A stretch of DNA of 64,000 nt from Sphyrna mokarran (lineage: Eukaryota), in NCBI GenBank assembly GCA_024679065.1, contig JAGIQG010000015.1, forward strand, positions 48,484,001 through 48,548,000, written 5' to 3'. The position numbers were made by a program, and so were the translations under genes. A model generated the notes under the pieces. The model made no database searches, had not been told where the DNA came from, and worked only from the letters and a program-made list of their open reading frames with translations. This document shows positions 1-12,154 of this stretch, one piece after another; positions within the stretch are counted from its first letter, which is position 1, and each line of letters opens with the position of its first letter.

Positions 1-266
1 ACCTTCTTCCTTCAGGAAAAAGATACAAAAGTCTGAGGTTATGTACCAACTGACTCAAGAACAGCTTCTTTCCTGCTGCTTTCAGACTTGTGAATGGATT
101 TATCTTGCATTAAGTTGATCTTTCTCTACACCCACCTATGACTGCAACGCTACATTCTGCACTCTTGTTTCCTTCTCTGTGAACGGTATGTTTTGTCTAT
201 ATAGAGCACAAGAAATAATATTTTTCACTGTATGTTAATACATGTGACAATATTAAATCAAATCAA
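1..266 (+). mobile_element. 3' end of a Rex1/Babar-type non-LTR retrotransposon (decayed)
   Basis: Translates as LLPSGKRYKSLR..TN*LKNSFFPAAFRLVN, typical of the Rex1/Babar ORF C-terminus, followed by a 3' UTR and an (AAATC)n tail. Confidence 0.7.
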
Positions 267-303
267 GTCTCTCACACCAGATTAAAGTCCAACAGGTTTG
301 TTT
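265..303 (+). repeat. Fragment of the Penelope-derived repeat family also seen at 25984-26182 and 43341-43556
   Basis: aagtctctcacaccagattaaagtccaacaggttt matches the arm sequence of the other two copies. Confidence 0.6.
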
Positions 304-329
304 AGAAAAAAAGTTTTCAGCCAGCTGCT

Positions 330-860
330 GACTGCTAGAGAGCATTAATGCGCATGCACCTGTACTATTGTACATAATGCATTAGGAGATTGTCATTCCC
401 CTGGATGTTGCCCCCACCTCATTCAATGCCCCTGTTCACCCCTCTCCACCTCTGGCCGATCACCACCTCCGTGATATCTGTGATTGAAGAGTGTGCAGCA
501 TCCCACATGTTGCTTCCTCTTCAGACCTCCACTCCCCTCCTCCCCTCTTGGCACTGCCCAGTGCCTGATAGGCAGTGCCAAACTAGCACTGCCTCCTGCT
601 CCCAACCAATTAGGGGGCCTCAGTGGCCTCCAGTCCTACCGATCCATCACATGTTGTTGGGGACCATACCTTATCCACACCATTGAGGCAAGTGTGCCCA
701 GATAATAATGTCCTAGACATGCTAATATTTAAGTATTAAAATCAGCCTCCTTCCCTTCCTGGGCACAAGGTAATTATGCCAGCAATCCAGTTCTGTTGTC
801 ATCATGAAGGAAGAGAAACTGCACTTGAACCTGGTTTTTTGCCTCTCTCGCTATGTTATA
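330..860. mobile_element. Decayed interspersed repeat, probably a non-autonomous DNA transposon, related to 27680-28700
   Basis: Shares a C-rich core with ggcactgcc/ggcagtgcca motifs and the downstream taaatcagcc...cccttc segment with the 28 kb copy; boundaries approximate. Confidence 0.4.
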
Positions 861-3298
861 GGCTTGTGAAGCTGATTAATTGGCTTGATGAACTGGTATG
901 ATCACCCCCTTAAAATGCATCTCTTCTACAAATTTCATCTGAGCCAGTAGAAATCACTCAGCAGCTAAGCTGAAAGTAGTTGATGATCTCTTTAAAATTC
1001 TAATGGGTAATCCTTCCTGGTACTGAGTATAAATTCTGCACCAATAGCCTCAGTAAAATAGCATCCAGTATGAGCCACACCTGAAGTGTGCAATTGGCAC
1101 AGGCACCATTTTGAACGCACCAGTAACCACCAATAATATGGATGAATTTTACAGCTTTAATGGCCTTATATAATACTATAATTCTGACCAAAGTCTTCAA
1201 ACATTCAAAACAACACGCTGAATCCTTCATCTAATCCCATTTTATGTCCTACTCGATGAGTATGTGACTATTGGCACATTGGGAACACAGTTTTCTTACA
1301 AATAACTGCATCTCTTCCATATCAATTGGATCAGATGCTGAGGTCATGACTTTAACCTTCTTATTTGATAGCTGAATACCAAGTTTTAATAACAATTAAA
1401 GAAAAATACTCTACAGGGTCTTGTAACAGCAAGCATTGGGACTTCATTATTCAAAAACCACGTTTGTGTAAATGCTTGAAACTACTTTGCAATTTCACAG
1501 ATGTTCTTCTGATCTTCCAGTAATCAGACATTCATACAATGGCTTCCTGAGGGATTGGCTAAAATTGTTTCCTTTTTTTTCTGAAAAGTGGCCAGAGCAG
1601 ATGTCCTAATAAAAATCAGTCTTTTACAATGATGAAATTCTTGGGGCATAAGTATATCATTGTCAAATTTCAACTTCCTTCAGTAACCTTTAAGTTAAAT
1701 CTAGAAAAGATCTAATTTAGAGAATTGTTCACCTCCACTGAGATAAACAATGCTTCAACTCTAAGCAGGAGTTATTCACAAACATCAAAATTAAAGTTCT
1801 TGCCTGTTACATCTGAATATCAATTTTTTTCTTTGCCAGACTGCACTAGACTGAGTAAGAATATTTTCCATCCTCCAGTTACCATGGTAATCTGTTTAAT
1901 ACTGTTCAGTTTAATTTCAAGCTGTGAAGCCAATCTCAACCTGTCAAGGAGGCATAATTGCTCTTCATTATAATTTCAGACAAATGTTTTGCCTGATTTT
2001 CGTATTTTATTTCGACTTTTAAATTCCCGTGGAAAAGCAATATGAATGGAAAACAACTTATCAACAAAACCTTGTTTTACTTGCACTTTTAATGACATAA
2101 TACTTACCTCAATCCTAGTATCCAGTTGAAATTCATGTTATACACCGTTGATACAGGTGGGAATCATACTTTGTATTGCCTCTTCCCTGTTATGGAATAT
2201 ATCAAAGAGTATGGCCCTTATTAATCCTTATCACCCTGTGGCACAGTTTTTTTCCTCAGATTATGACCAGTATCAACTTCATAGATACTAGACTTTTGTG
2301 TCTCCTCATAGACTTCTTGCAGCTTGTTCTTTTCATTTCTTCTTGCTCTCAAGTGTAGAATTGTATAATGGTTTTCAGTCAATTTAGCTGAATAGTCAAT
2401 TCAATGAGGTTATGGCACTCAGCTTTCTTGAAGAAACATCAATCAGAATGATTATACTTACCACACTTCCAACATTGTTGGCCATTGTGACACATAACAC
2501 AATAAGGTATTTTGTATGAGTTTCTGCTCCAAGTGCTATTCCAAGAATTCTGACAAATATGGTTGTCATCCACCAAATTTCTATAAATGTTGCTTTCAGA
2601 CATCATATAATGCAGTATTGCATCATTGAAAAACCGACCAAAGTCCCCTGATGTGGTCAGCATCCTCATCCTGCCATTAACTGAAAAACATAAGTTTTTA
2701 AATTTCTTTGCCTCCTCTAGCTAAACTTGAATGTTTTGTCATTAACCTGTGACTTTGTGTTCTGCTTGGACTTACTCGTTGTACACTTGGCTTTAAATTG
2801 AGCATAAGTGATTAAATTCTCCATCAATGTGTATGTTGCAAGTCTACAAATGGGAAGCAAAACTGTATTTTTTTTTGGCATTTGGTGTCATTTCATTCAG
2901 CCCAAGATAATAAACAAGCTTCTCAACACATTCCTTCCAGCTACACACCCATTTGGTAATCTCCAATTTTCTAAACCATTGACAACAAGGTAAATAATTG
3001 CAATGACAAGTTGACCACTGCATAATTAATCAAGATGATGCCTGATCTTCATAACATGCATTGTCTATAATCTTCATTGTCAAAATGTTATGCATATTAA
3101 ATATTCACTTAGTATGGCAATATTACGGTTACTTTGTTCAATTTATTCAAGATTGGATGTCCTAGTTTTAGATATAGGTGTCCTTAAATACAGCATTCAT
3201 GGTATTCTGCTTTTCAATAAGAGGAGATGATGTTTGGTTCAATTTGTAAACTACTTTACTCCATAGTCATATAAAATGTCTAGAAAAATGATATGTTG

Positions 3299-3607
3299 TA
3301 GAATCTAGAATCCTACACTGCAGAAAGAGGCCTTTCGCTCCATCGAGTCTGCATTGACTACAATTCCACCCAAGCCCTTTTCCCCATGCATTTGCCTTAG
3401 CTCATTTCCCTGACACGAAGGGGCAATTTTGCATGCCTAATCCACCTAATGCATTCTTTGGACTGTGGGAGGAAACCAGAACACTCATAGGAAACCCATC
3501 AGACATGCGGAGAATGTGGAAACTCCACATAGATAGTGACCCAAGCCAGGAATCAAATCCAAGTCCCTGGTATTACGAGGCAGCAGTGCCAGCCACTATG
3601 CCACCCC
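3299..3607 (-). mobile_element. HE1-type tRNA-derived SINE
   Basis: Reverse complement has a tRNA-like head with A/B boxes, the gtggagtttccacattctcc...ggtttcctcccacagtccaaaga core and a gattcta-type tail. Confidence 0.8.
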
Positions 3608-3649
3608 ATATATTATATCAAATTATTCAATTGATGCAGCCTATGGTAT

Positions 3650-3820
3650 ACAGAAACAAAAAAATGCTGGAAAACTCAGCAGGTTTGACAGCATCTGTGG
3701 AGAGAAAGTAGAGCCAGTGTTATGAGTCTGGGTGACCCTTCGTACTGGACTGCTCAGTTTTTCCAGCATTTTCTGTTTTTGCTTCAGAATCCAGCATCTA
3801 TAGTATTTTGCTTTATTCTG
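3650..3820. repeat. Penelope-like inverted-repeat element (aaaatgctggaaaactcagcagg family)
   Basis: aaaatgctggaaaactcagcag and its inverted copy ctgctcagtttttccagcatttt. Related pieces at about 28895-29030, 37510-37630, 58515-58590 and 59205-59310. Confidence 0.6.
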
Positions 3821-4004
3821 ACAGCCGATGGAATGTTTGATTAATGGTGCAAAATATGGAACATGATAAAGTTCACTTTGATAGTTCATTACAAATAATG
3901 TAAAACAAAATATCAGCATTTTTCCCTAAATTTCTTGGACCCAACCATTCTTCTTTTATAATATTTTGCTGTCTGATTTTTGGGATAGCGGAGGAAACCA
4001 AGGC

Positions 4005-4225
4005 ATATCTACCTATTCAGATGGATGTTAAAGAGCATCATGGCCAAAAATGGCATCAAAATGACTAATTGGTCATTTGTTTCATTGTTGTTTGGGGAAT
4101 CTTAGTGTGCCCACTGTTGCATTTCCTTACACCACAGAAATTGTATCTGGAAAAAATCATTTATGTAAAGCATATTGAGATATTTCTAAATGTTGTTAAC
4201 AAAGTGCTATATAAATGTGCACCTT
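4005..4225 (+). mobile_element. Ancient Deu-domain SINE (SacSINE1/AmnSINE1-like), decayed
   Basis: ggtcatttgtttcattgttgtttgggga...gcatttccttacaccac...aaagtgctatataaatg matches the Deu core and 3' tail pattern. Confidence 0.55.
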
Positions 4226-6399
4226 TCTCATTTTCTTTTTGGACCAGATTGCACAAGCTGGATATCATGAGCTCAGTGCTCGTAAAGATGGTAGGGAATT
4301 GCACTTTACACATATTAGTCATAGAGTGAAATCAATACTTGAGTTTGATATTCAAGAGAGAAACTACATTCATCCCAGTACTAATGAAGGAAGCAATTCT
4401 TATGATATTATTTTTTCATGATCTTTAGAAAGACTAGTATTTTTTCAAAAAAGAAATCTGAAAACTCAATTATTTCCTTAAAGAATGAAGCTACAAAATG
4501 TCATAGCTTAAAACAAAATATTTTTTATGATACAAGAGTCAAACAAAGCAAACTAAATACTATCTTGATTAACCATCTATACACTAGAACCCAGAATCAA
4601 TATAACCTGAATATGAATTAGCAGGTGAATAGCTGTCAATTATTAATAATAAATTATACATTAAATGGTAGATACATCCAAGACAGATCTTACAAATTGG
4701 CTTGGCAGCCCATTCAGTCATTGTTGTCATTTATGTCATCAATCTGAGTCACAAAGTCCTTCAAAACTTTGCTTTTTTCATGAAGAAATTCAGCTCCTCA
4801 TCTTCTAGGATTTAGCCTGATTTACTGCTGACACCAGCGTACAATCAACTCGAGATCAAGAGACACAGGGCATGGTCTTACTTGTTGTTCACGCCACACT
4901 CTCCATGCAGTGAGGTCGGAGAATTCATTTGGTGCAGCGGGATGGGAAAATCATGCCAGTGCAAATGGTAGTAGGATTCCGGCCATAGTCTTCACTAAAA
5001 CTGGCACATGTCTACAAAAGCTCCTCAACTCTCTTTATGACAGTCTGGATAGTATAGATCCACCAGTGTTATTTTCAAGTAACAGAAATGGCTTCAAGTA
5101 ACAGAAACAGCTTCTGAACTGGCCTCAGTCTTTAGATTGTCCCTACTGAACCACAGAGATCGTTATCTTCATTTGAGCTCTGATGGCTCCATCTCTATTC
5201 TCTACAATTTCATCCAGTTCCACTCACCACAGAAGTTTTGATTTCACTTTCACTGCAGTCTGTTCAGAAACTAGGAAAGTCAATTTCCTTTCTCAGTTTG
5301 TTCTTTCAATTTCCTTTTTTTATTGATGTCCGTCTCAAACAAGAACAAGATTTGAAACTATGGATTCCATCACATTATGATATGGTCAGGACCTGATTTA
5401 AACATTATTTTAAAATGTGCTTTTTTTAGAAAAATTACATAAAATTTAACTTTCCTGAAATGGCACTTCTGTTGCACCAATTTTATCACTGAACAACCAC
5501 ACCAATTAAGAATATGACATAACAAAAAATCAACAACTTTTTCACTGTGATAACATCATTAGGCAATATGACATCTCTACACATTTGCTGCAAGCACTTT
5601 TCCTTAGTGTTAATTTCTTCAATCGTCATGTTTTGATTAATTAACTTAAAATTATTCTGTCATGCATCCACTTGTCCTGGTTCAATATAATTGTTCTATA
5701 TATTACAAAAGACATTTCTTGCCGTTGAGTTTAATGAGCTGGATCAACATTGGAGATACTGGTCGAACTCTTTCTGGAAAAACAATGGTGAGTTTATGTC
5801 GTATAACATTATTATTGCGCAAATCAGTGAGACAGTTTATGCAAAACACAGGTCACGAGTTGTGAATCACTATAACTTTCTGGTTGATTTACGCTATTGC
5901 ACTCAATCAGGGCACTGGGGTGGGATATATGGGGAGAGAGAGGTCTTCCTGTGCACTGGAAGTTGGTCATGGTTATCCATTTAAAGGCACCATGGCATGA
6001 TTTGATGACAGCTACATGGCAGTTAGTAGTCTAAACGCATTAGTTTGGACCAAAAACACTTGTAAATCTATTGAACTGTTGAAGCTGCATTAGGTTCTGA
6101 AACTTGCGATTATTGTTCCACGGTTGTCTTATTCGGACCCCTTGTTGCAGAGAAAAAGAACACTTAAGCGCACCTATTCAATCCCTTTCTAATAAGTATT
6201 TAGGAAAAGTTTCAAACTGTAATATCTAGCTCTCTGTCTCTCTACAGAAGCTTTAAGGTTACTACATGGCAGAGGGAATGGAAAAAGGGGACAATGCCAA
6301 AGATGGCCCCATAGTTTGACGAAAACTTCCTGTGCGCCCTCCTCCAGGCTGTGGATGACTAGGGAGAAATTTTCATGCCTGTTGATGGGAAGATGAGAT

Positions 6400-7800
6400 C
6401 CCCCAGGCAGAATACAGCAGGCAGTACGTAGTGAACAGCCATGGGGGTTGTCCATTAAACATTGGTTGCAGTGCCAAATGATCTCTTACAATCTGCCAGC
6501 GTAAATGTATAATCATTTCAGAGATGAACCTATATGAAACTGTACCTCCACATTGGCACAAGCACAATGGTGTTGATTAATGGAGGATGACAGGAGAAGG
6601 TGAGGATGATCAAGATGGTCTTGCAGATCAAGTTACGTATTGTCTGTTAAATCTTCACTTAGTGGTAAATCTCACACCTCCCCGTTGTTCAAAGCATCTA
6701 GTGTGTCAGCTGATCAGTCCAAACATTGAGATCTCATTTTGAACAGACTAATGGATCTTGGACTGAGTTCATTAGTCATCTCTTCAAAAGGTAGCCTTTG
6801 GTCCCAGAAGCCAGCCATTCAAGTGTTCAAGTCCCTAGCACCTGGAGCTGTCTCAGTACGTACGTATCATGATAGCTGCCAGGATAGCATGCACACAACC
6901 ACATTATCCATTGTCTGTGGCTGCATATAAGCTGCACATTGATAGCCTTTTCTGTTAACAAATATTTCTGGCTGCCCCAAAGATGCTTTAACTCACCACA
7001 TGTTTAACTCACACAACTTTAAATTAAGGGGTATGAGTTATAGGACGGATATCAGAGGTAGGTTCTTTACTCAAAGAGTGATTAGGGAGTGGAATGCCCT
7101 GCCTGCAGCTGTTGTAGATGCGCCAAGTTTGGTGGCGTTTAAGAGGTTAGTTGATAAGTATATGGATGAGAAGGGAATGGTTTAGTTAGGAGGGGCATTG
7201 CTTTTTATTTTGGTCGGCACAACATCGAAGGCCGAAGGGCCTGTTCTGTGCTGTATTGTTCTATGTTCTATGTTCTATGTTCTATGTTAGTAATCTATAC
7301 CCCTTGCATCTTTGGAATTCTGCAATATCTCCAAAGGCTCTGGTTTTTTTCTGCCTGGCTGGCATTGTTATCACCAAATGAAATGAACTCATGGGCATAC
7401 TAAAACAAAGCATCTGTAAAACCCTTTATGAAATGACGGGCTGCTGGCTGCAATATCCCACAAAGATCTCCAGCTGATGCTTGAAAGAGCTCTGAAAAAA
7501 TTTCAAGGCCACTGTTACTTTTAACACCACCAACATTGTGTGTTCACCAACACAATCTGAGGCAACCTCTCCAGCCAACAGTGATGTAACAGTCTCCCTG
7601 GAGAGATGCAGTCATCTCAGGCTCTGGTGTTCCAAAATTTGGAGATATGTCATCCTGTGGTAGATTGCTTTGGTGTAATGATAGTGTCTTCATCTAGTTC
7701 TGTTCACCTGCTGCTGTTGTCTCCCTGCCACTGGCTCTTGCTCAGTAGCAAGTACACAATTTCCTGAACTATAAGAGGTGCAATTGTCCTCGGCCATCTT
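6400..7800 (-). pseudogene. Decayed PIF/Harbinger (DDE_Tnp_4-type) transposase, interrupted by a CR1
   Basis: Minus-strand remnants in the expected order: YLQILEHQSLR*LHLSRETV, KVTVALKFF..SFQASAGDLCGI, FTDALF, ID(Y*)HV, FVNRKGY..INVQL, GSYHD, GWLLG-KGY, TACCIL. Many stops and frameshifts. Confidence 0.8.
7011..7288 (+). mobile_element. 5'-truncated young CR1 LINE 3' end
   Basis: Essentially identical to 10478-10745; encodes FKLRGMSYRTDIRGRFFTQRVIREWNALP; (TTCTATG)n tail; probable ATGTT target duplication. Confidence 0.92.
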
Positions 7801-7987
7801 CCTCTGGTTTCTCCTTCTCTTGCGCATTGCAGGAGAAGCCTGCTCTGGAATGTAATAGGTTCATTGGGATACAGGGTCCAATACTGGGTCATTAGTCATC
7901 TCTTCAAAGGGTAGCCAGAAGCCAGCCATCCAAGTGTTCCAGTCCCTAGCATCTGGAGGTGTCTCAGTATGTAAGTAACATGATAGC

Positions 7988-8299
7988 TGCAGCAAGTTAG
8001 AGCTAACATTTAACAGTCTAAGTGCCTGTTAATGCTGTGATTAATGTTACTGCAATGTCTCCAGCCCAAGGGAACTATTTAAATTGTCAAGTTTCAATCC
8101 TGCTGGTTCTAAGTTAGCTTTTAAAATAAATGGTTCTTCAAAACTTAATTATCCCTTCAGTCTACTTTTGCTCACTCAGTCCAATTTTTCTTTCTATTTC
8201 TTCTATTTCTCTTTCTGTGCCAGATTTGATTCCAATTCGTCCTCCATCTCAGTCCATCTCCTTCACAATCTTTAAATGCTATTGGTCAAGGAGATAGGC
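7988..8299 (+). repeat. About 310 bp direct repeat, copy 1 (copy 2 at 8747-9057)
   Basis: gcagcaagttagagctaacatttaacag...ggagataggc aligns colinearly with gcagaaagttagagctgacatttaacag...ggagataggc. Confidence 0.85.
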
Positions 8300-8746
8300 A
8301 GGAAATTCACTTTACACTTGCCTCCCAGTGAAGTTTCAAAATGGTTATTCATTTGCAAACTTCTACAGCAGAATCTTCTGTTAAAGTCAATCATAGTCTC
8401 ATTTGCAGCTTTTTATCTGCCTTTGTGATGTCTCCTCATACCTGGTGTCAATCAATCCAAACATTCCTGTGCACCTATCAGAATATGATGTGGCTGATGT
8501 AAAATGCGAACCTATACTTGTTGACATGCTGAATTGGCTATCATTAGTTTTTTTGAAAATGGCTTATCAGGAACTAGCATGATGACCTTCAGTTGGCCAC
8601 TCAGTTATTATGCCAGTTTTTATGTGAAGGGGCCAAAGGGCCGAATTGGGAGAGGCAGCAGTCTCGATTTTCACATGTAAATTTTACCCCAAAATTATTT
8701 TTCAGAACTTGCTGAACTTGTACACTAACCATGAATTAAACTTGCT

Positions 8747-9057
8747 GCAGAAAGTTAGAGCTGACATTTAACAGCCTAAGTGTCTGTTAATGCTGTGATT
8801 AGTGTTATTGCAATGTTTCCAACCCAAGGGAACTAGGTAAAATTATCAAGTCTCAATCCTGCTGGTTCAAAATTAGTTTTGAAAATAAATGTTTCTTTAA
8901 AACTTAATTATCCCGTCAGTCTATTTTTTGCTCATTTAGTCCAACCTTTCTTTCCATCTCTTCCAGTTCCCTTTCTGTGCCAGATTTCCTCCAATTCAGC
9001 CATTCAAATATGTCTTCCTTCTCAGTTCTTAATTGCCATTGGTTAAGGAGATAGGCC
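8747..9057 (+). repeat. About 310 bp direct repeat, copy 2
   Basis: Colinear with 7988-8299, with scattered substitutions and small indels. Confidence 0.85.
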
Positions 9058-10080
9058 GATCATTTACTGAAATCCCAGATGTCCTGTTGTCTTTGCAATT
9101 AGCTTACACTTCCAGGAAAGAACAAAACTGAGCTGAAGTTGAGGAAAAAGACTAACTAATGCTGCTTACTACAAGATGCACTTCCCAAACAGGATTTGGG
9201 CCATTATCTGTGAGACAAAATAGCTATTTCTACCCAATGTCCCCAATTTTCTCATGGTTCTGCAGTTCAAATATGATCCACTCTCTGAATCACTCACTGT
9301 GGCCTTATTTCACTATTTCAACATCAAAGCCATTCAAAATGCCTTTCAACATGCTGCAATCAGAGCAAATTAGATAGAGTTCAGCAGAGGAACAACAGTT
9401 GTCCACATCAGCTATTTGTGAAGGAAATGTGGAGTTCTTAAAAGAAAAATGTTGGTGGTCTTCAAATTAATTTTTATCCTTTGGGAAAATTACATTTAAA
9501 ATATTTTTTTGCCAATCTGCCTACTTGCTTTACACTTCTTTTCACAGGGTTGGACCTCTGGAAGATTTTCATAAATCCCAACAGGCTTTACAGGAACAGG
9601 TATGGCATTCTCTGTGGGCACCTATTTCTATGTTTCATTGAGATACCACCTAAAGGCCAGGATTGTAGGAGGTAACTCTGAAGTTGGGAAGGGAGTGCGG
9701 GGATGGTGGGAAGATTGGTAAAAGGCCTATAACAGACATGCAGTTGTTTTAATAGATGGCAATATTATGAAGCAAAGACTTCTGAATGCTCACAATCCCT
9801 TCACAATCATTGTCTCTTCTTGTTCTGTGGTGAGTCCACAGGAAGGGAGATTAGAAACTCAAAATGGATTAAGAAATTTTCCCCTGGGATTAGAAGGACT
9901 GAGAAGGCAGTCACTGTGCAATATTTCATCTGAATCCAGAGCAACAATGTAGGCTTACACTCATTTATTCTGGCATGAGAGATTTAAAGGTGAACATGCA
10001 TCTCGGTGTCCTGTCCATGGTGTTGATTATATAATTTATTTTATTTATATTTATTTTATTTATTTATTTATATTATTTAT

Positions 10081-10745
10081 CCCTGAAAGTAGGCAGTCAA
10101 GTGGATAAAGTTGTTAAGAAGGCTTATGGAGTCTTAGCTTTTATTGGTAGGGGGATTGAATTTAGGAGCCGCAGCATCATGTTGCAGCTGTACAAAACTC
10201 TAGTGCGGCCGCACTTGGAGTATTGTGTGCAGTTCTGGTCGCCACATTATAAGAAAGATGTGGAGGCATTGGAGAGGGTACAGAGGAGGTTTACTAGGAT
10301 GTTGCCTGGTATGGAGGGCAGGTCCTATGAAGAGAGGTTGAAGGATTTGAGGTTGTTTTCGTTAGAAAGGAGGCGGCTAAGAGGGGATCTTATTGAAGCA
10401 TATAAGATGATTAGAGGTTTGGATAGGGTGGACAGTGATAGCCTTTTTCCTAGGATGGAGAAAGCTAGCACGAGGGGACACAGCTTTAAATTAAGGGGTA
10501 TGAGTTATAGGACGGATATCAGAGGTAGGTTCTTTACTCAAAGAGTGATTAGGGAGTGGAATGCCCTGCCTGCAGCTGTTGTAGATGCGCCAAGTTTGGT
10601 GGCGTTTAAGAGGTTAGTTGATAAGTATATGGATGAGAAGGGAATGGTTTAGTTAGGAGGGGCATTGCTTTTTATTTTGGTCGGCACAACATCGAAGGCC
10701 GAAGGGCCTGTTCTGTGCTGTATTGTTCTATGTTCTATGTTCTAT
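10081..10745 (+). mobile_element. 5'-truncated young CR1 LINE (ORF2 C-terminus, 3' UTR, tail)
   Basis: Uninterrupted ORF 10101-10652 with CR1 motifs LYKTLVRPHLEYCVQFWSPH, LERVQRRFTRMLPG, LFSLERRRLRGDLIE and WNALP; (TTCTATG)n tail. Confidence 0.95.
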
Positions 10746-12154
10746 AATAATTGTGTTTACTGCATGTAGATGGTGAGCATTAATGAAGGATTCACTTGTG
10801 TCCCTATGAATAGACGTTGCCTAAAACTGTGGTTGTTGGATTAGGAGGTGTTTGCTTGTAATTCATAACTCTGAATAAACTTTTCTTTAAGTGTATAAAG
10901 ATTGGCTCCTGTTCAATGCTTCACCAACTGGCTTACCGATTAAAGAATTGTGTGCTGATTTGTTGAGCAAAAGAAATAGTGAACCATAATAAACTAGCAG
11001 TTGAAGAGGATATAATTAGTATCATGGGAGAGATACATGAAAAGATGTGTGCACATGAGGCAGTTAAAGTGGAGGAAGGGATTTTAGAGTTATGCATTTA
11101 AATCTTTGTGTGACATTAATGAGTAGCCATAGTGAAACATGCTGAGTTGGAGTCTTTCCTAACCAGAGAGTAATGTGAAGTATTAGTTATTGATTTATTA
11201 TTTTAAGAGCATTTTGATGGCATATATGGCTTAAATAATCTTTTTGAATCACAGCCTAATTGAAAGGGAAACTGGAACTGAGGCCGAGATTTCTCGTGGC
11301 AGAGACAATTTGTCATTGACCACCAATAAGATCTTTCAATCCTGCCAAAGTCTGCCGTATTTTGCATTGCTTGCCTACTCTGCTGCCAGAGAACTTGCTA
11401 TAGTGGGTCATCTTCAGCGGGATCTGAAATTCCTGCTAGTGGGAAGGGCTGGAAAATCCAACTCTGCAAAGTGGAAACTTCAGATTTTGGGGAAAATTAA
11501 AGGAGATCGAACCCAGATAAAAGGCATAGAGTCATTTGAGCTCAAATCATCTTATGGGCAGTGCAGGGCAGGATGAAGAAATTGAAGGTAGAATCAACTA
11601 AAAACAAAGGAATATAAGGTGACTATTGTTGCTTCAGTTATTTCAAAGGAACTGATTGACCAGAACTGACCATACAATGCAGCGTACAGTATTGTTACTG
11701 GCTGTTTAAATAAAGGTGTTTCTCCTAAATTGATGCCATCAAAACTGTCATGAACAGAGCTGATGATGTACTGTAGATATGTACTATTGTGGTGAAGACC
11801 ATGTTGAGAATTTGGGTTGATTGGGTACTGCTGCTGGCTGAATATTGGAAACTAAATCCTTGAAGGAGCTGGTATTCTACTTGAGGAGGTTCAGAACATT
11901 GAAGGACTTTCAGCTGAAATTAGAGCCACATAAGCCCTGTAAATCTGAGAATTTTTTTTCCTATTTGCAATTGAATATGTGATTTAGAGTTTACAGTGAC
12001 CAAGATTTTCCTGTTAATTCCTGTTAACTTTGTGTTGATTGGTAAAGCTTATAAAATGCAAAATCTTGTTCATTGGTTTTCTCACTGGGGTCATTTGATA
12101 AGTGTTTGGTGTGTGGTCTCCATTAGAATCATAATAGTATGAACCACACAATAG

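Noticed and set aside
6400-7800. A domesticated HARBI1-like host gene
   Set aside because: Multiple stops, frameshifts and a CR1 insertion in the catalytic motif show a dead transposon copy.
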